Made by a program: the position numbers and the translations under genes. A stretch of 63,999 nt of DNA, counting the filler, from Phoronis australis (taxonomy: Eukaryota > Animalia > Phoronida): assembly GCA_002633005.1 (NCBI GenBank). It is 13 parts of 13 records of this genome, joined end to end, with 100 filler letters (N's around TTAATTAATTAA, not from the genome) between each part and the next. Parts side by side here need not be neighbours in the genome. Positions count along the whole stretch, not along the records: positions 58,103 to 60,949 come from NMRA01003380.1; positions 61,050 to 62,890 come from NMRA01001929.1; positions 62,991 to 63,999 come from NMRA01003952.1; 10 more parts are not named here. One strand, given 5' to 3'. This document shows, piece by piece, positions 60,014 through 63,999 of the stretch (position 1 is its first letter; every line of letters begins with the position of its first letter). Under the pieces are notes generated by a model. That model saw only the letters and a list, made by a program, of their open reading frames with translations, searched no databases and had not been told where the DNA came from.

Positions 60014-63000
60014 AAGCATAATTTTTGAGTTAATACGTTTTATGTTTTTTGTGGTTTGAGATAAAGCATGTTTGAATTTTCTCCAACTTTCACTCGGTCG
60101 TATGTGACAATCAGAGAGTGCAGGCAGTGTTCTCACCAGGATCTAAACTGAGCTAGGTGAGAATGACGGGTCACTGCCACTTGTTTTGTTGAGGTAAGTG
60201 TCATACTAATGACCTTTGTGTTCTGTGTTTCGGAATAATAACTCTATAAGATGCAGACTGCAGCAGGGGTTAGATTAACATGAAAATTGTTTACAAGTTG
60301 AGGCCAAGTGGAAGCACCCTAATCACAAAAGAAACGATAATCAATCAAAAGCTGAGTATGCGAGCTCAAAATGTGAGCGGTATAGTCAAATATTCAAAGT
60401 GAGACTACTGCAGTGGGATTTTAAAGTACGACTCTTTTTGCTGAAGTGGCTGTGCGTGGGCTTTGAATATTTCCTGCGCTGATCTCCAGTCCTTCAATAC
60501 TCTCTGATATCTAACAATGGCCTGTGGCAGATAACTGCAGTCACAACACCAGTGGATGTGGTGCCATTGACTTAGTGCTAGACCACTAGGTCATCAGGCC
60601 AACAGCCCTTGTTATCTCTACAAACACATTACTCTCTTCTTCTCCAACATGGAAATTAACGCTGCATTCTCCCTCAGTCATGTAAGTGCTATTTGTTGCG
60701 GCACGATGTTCAGTTAGGTTTGTGGAGAGTCAGTCACAATAGAAATCATTACGTCGAATTATGAACACAGAAAGTGAGTTACTTTCCGTAAACGTAGGTT
60801 GTTTTTTGTGATTTTGTAGTTTGAAGCCATTGAGAAAATTTGTATTCCATGGATTGTTTGAAAAGTTTCTCCATTTAAAACTGCGTAGATTTATTGAAAA
60901 ATGTCAAAATTTTCTTTTTCTGAGTGTTTCATAGAGGATTTTTCTAAAANNNNNNNNNNNNNNNNNNNNNNNNNNNNNNNNNNNNNNNNNNNNTTAATTA
61001 ATTAANNNNNNNNNNNNNNNNNNNNNNNNNNNNNNNNNNNNNNNNNNNNTTTCCCGTCAATCACTGTGCGCGGATTCTATGCGGGCAGTCTACTGCATGA
61101 CTACACCTTATTTTTAACGTGGGTGCGTCACTGAGTCACGACGTGTCCAGCCTTTGCAGTATGCACGGGAATGGCAAGCAAACGATTCGGTTTAGAAGAA
61201 CCTAAATTCATTGCACAATACTACAGGGAACTACAAGCATCAAGGAAGTGCCAAGACAATCTTTTCAAATTTATGAGCAATGACTTGAACTTCTTTTTCG
61301 ATGTGAATTTTTTTTCATTAGACTAGTTTTTAATTCAGTAAAGCATTTAGAGCTGCCCGACATTCATGAATATCACTGTTATCGTTTAGTGTCCCTTTTT
61401 GCGATATGGTGGTCTGATGATACGGATCGAATTTTCGCAAGTCAGCCTTCAGATAAGTTCAGTGACGCATGGCCATTTCTCACAAGGCTGCTTCTGTGCT
61501 GTGCACGAATGTTTTGTGTTTTTGATAAATTTGTAATATCAACTTCCCCACGTGAGTAGTTGGCAGTGTCATGTCGGAGGTGTATAGAGGGCGCAGCACT
61601 GAAAAAAGTGGGGATAAAGCCCCCTCAACCCCCCTGTAGTGCACTGCTTATAGACCACTGAAAAACTTGGACTGAATTAATACGCTCCGCAAAATTTTTG
61701 CTTTACAAATTTTCTCGAATTTTCGAAATACATGTATGAATGATTAAGTGCACACTTCTAAGGTTGTTTAGACGACCTCTGCTGCAAAAACGTAGACCCT
61801 AACAACAATTGTCTTGGCCAGGGCCCTCAAATGGTAAACCATACACTGATACCGAGTTGTCAATGTTCTCTTGAATTTTCTCTCTGATCAGTATTCGAAG
61901 TCTTTCTTTTTTGTCTTTCTCCAGCCCCACACCTTTATCGGTTGCCACGGTTTGACCCTGAGGCATGCAATTTTTTGGGGTGGCACGCGCCCTACCCCCG
62001 CTTACTAAGGTCCTGATGCAAGGAGTCCATCGTTGGTCCAAGGTTAATGTTGTGTTTCAACACGCACTCGTTGTAAAGCTTGAGCATTAAATTAAAGGTT
62101 TAAGAAATACAGGAGCAGTTTTGCGCATTTAATTGTGTGTGTAAAAGGGTTTATGAATTCGTACTGAATTTGCTGCTGCACCTGCAACTTGTCTCATGGG
62201 CCTGTACCCGGCACTGACCACAAATGTGGACACTAATTAATTCGGCTATTGCGCAAGTCGACTGTAACAAGGTGGCCAGTGAAAATGTAAGGCAGCACCA
62301 GGCCAGTGGGCGTGTGTGACAACTCGGATTTCTAGTCTGTCATTATGAAAACCATTGAAGGCAATTACCAGCACCTGCAAACAAGAATTTTGAAGTATGG
62401 ATAATTTCAACAGGAGTTAGCTGTAGACTTAGTCGCGAAGCTTTCAACATTCCAGCCACGGTTACTGCCGGTCCTTCGAAGCGATTAGCACATATATAAG
62501 GGTGCGTTTTGTGTTGACGGAAATGGCCATGGTGTCGAGGAATTTGAATCATTTAATGATGAACAACTGTTGTGGCTTAATTTGGGAGATCACCTATCAA
62601 AACTAACTTCCAAGTATGCATACTGTGGCGGAATTAACAAATACGATTATGGCAGTGCTATTTGTAGCAGAGCCGCAAAGTGTGCTAAAATGGTAGAAAA
62701 TTAGGCATAACATTTCTGTAGCAGATAAAAGGTTGATTGGCGCAGGAGAAGACTGATGTCTTCAATGCTCAGAAAAATTTCGGCAGAGACTTGCCAAGAA
62801 AACGGCACAGTTGATGTTACTGCAGACGCAATCATTCATATTGCCTGTGTATATTAGGTATTGTTCCTGTTGTACTCATTTTGAAGTACCNNNNNNNNNN
62901 NNNNNNNNNNNNNNNNNNNNNNNNNNNNNNNNNNTTAATTAATTAANNNNNNNNNNNNNNNNNNNNNNNNNNNNNNNNNNNNNNNNNNNNACTGCTGTCT

Positions 63001-63999
63001 GCTGATTCAGCGCTGCCCGAATCTGCATTCTGCACATAAGAATAACAAATTCATCATGTATCTAAGTGCAAAATCTAAATGCAAATGTTCATGGCATAAG
63101 ACTTAGTCATTTACTATTTCTCAAGGCTAATCATATTGTAATTTACATTACCCTGGCGCTGGAGAATTATGCGTGCAACATTTCCTCAGTGTCGTATATA
63201 GTGTGTCAATTTCCAGGATCTGATTAGAGAGTAATGTTTCATTGATGATACCTAAACACTACAGTGTCTTAGAGAAAACTGGAACACAATGGCTGAATCG
63301 AGGTCAAACACAAACTATAAACAAGATGAAGAGTTGAGACACATCCTACGTGCAGTACACACAAACATAACAACTGAATGACCCATCATGACGATGCACT
63401 ACAGGTCATCATCACCTGTCATGACGGAATGGTATTTTTGTCACATTACTTTTGGCATGATGTATTGCAATACTGACACTGGAAGTCTGGAAATGTTACT
63501 GCCATAACGAATTAGGATTTGAGATGATCAGGATAGATAAATATACTTAGGGTAAGCAGCAAATTTCATTTTTAGTAAAATCAACAACAAAAAATGTTGA
63601 CTTTCCACTTTAAAAATGGCCAAAGTACACTGCCATATACCCCCCCCCCCCCNCCCCCCCCCCCCCCCCAGATGAACAGTAAATGAAATGAATCAGGGTT
63701 CTCTCTGCGGAGAAATCTAAACAAGGCTGAAATTGAATTTTCACAACACATTTTAACTTGCTAAGTCCCTATTTCCAACTACATTTGCTGATTGTCATTA
63801 TCACTTTTGCTGCAAAATGATGAAATATAAGTATCACTAAGCAACAATACCGTTAGACTGGTCAAGCAGAGCTGGTGCAGCATCACGTTTGAATATAAAA
63901 GAGCAGCAACAACAAGCTTTTATACTCAACTCTAAATAGGTGGACCGTCTATCATCTCTTACATCGGGCACCTACTTATAACTACTACGACCTACTGCA

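Noticed and set aside
61799-62041. 80-aa minus-strand ORF as a gene or transposon accessory protein
   Set aside because: No recognisable motif, TTG start and no convincing splice sites.

Overview
This is animal genomic DNA (spliceosomal GT-AG introns, repeat-rich, invertebrate-like; the taxon cannot be determined from the sequence). The window is 13 unrelated contigs joined by 12 artificial 100-bp spacers (44N-TTAATTAATTAA-44N), so gene neighbourhoods across spacers mean nothing. Genes, all partial: (1) a STAND/NB-ARC NTPase with C-terminal TPR-like repeats (NLR-like; minus strand 950-3387; Walker A recovered across a splice site); (2) a PR/SET-domain (PRDM-type) C2H2 zinc-finger gene; (3) a highly reducing type I polyketide synthase segment (DH end-cMT-psiKR-ER-KR) in a >3.4-kb exon; (4) the 3' exons of cytosolic HSP90 (MEEVD), tail-to-tail with (5) four 3' exons of TKFC/DAK that the ORF track misses; (6) probable first two coding exons of GCN1. 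Repeats: four copies of a DINE-1/HINE-like (Helentron-associated) element carrying co-oriented CTCF-consensus-like motifs every ~140-160 bp; a TTAA-flanked Kolobok-like THAP element with ~313-bp inverted ends; a 5'-inverted Penelope fragment with a hammerhead-like motif; an L1/Tx1 3' fragment; several MITEs; and a ~198-bp satellite. Best leads: the CTCF-motif-array transposon, the methyltransferase-bearing animal PKS and the NB-ARC-TPR receptor. All homology calls come from motif recognition by eye; no database search was run.
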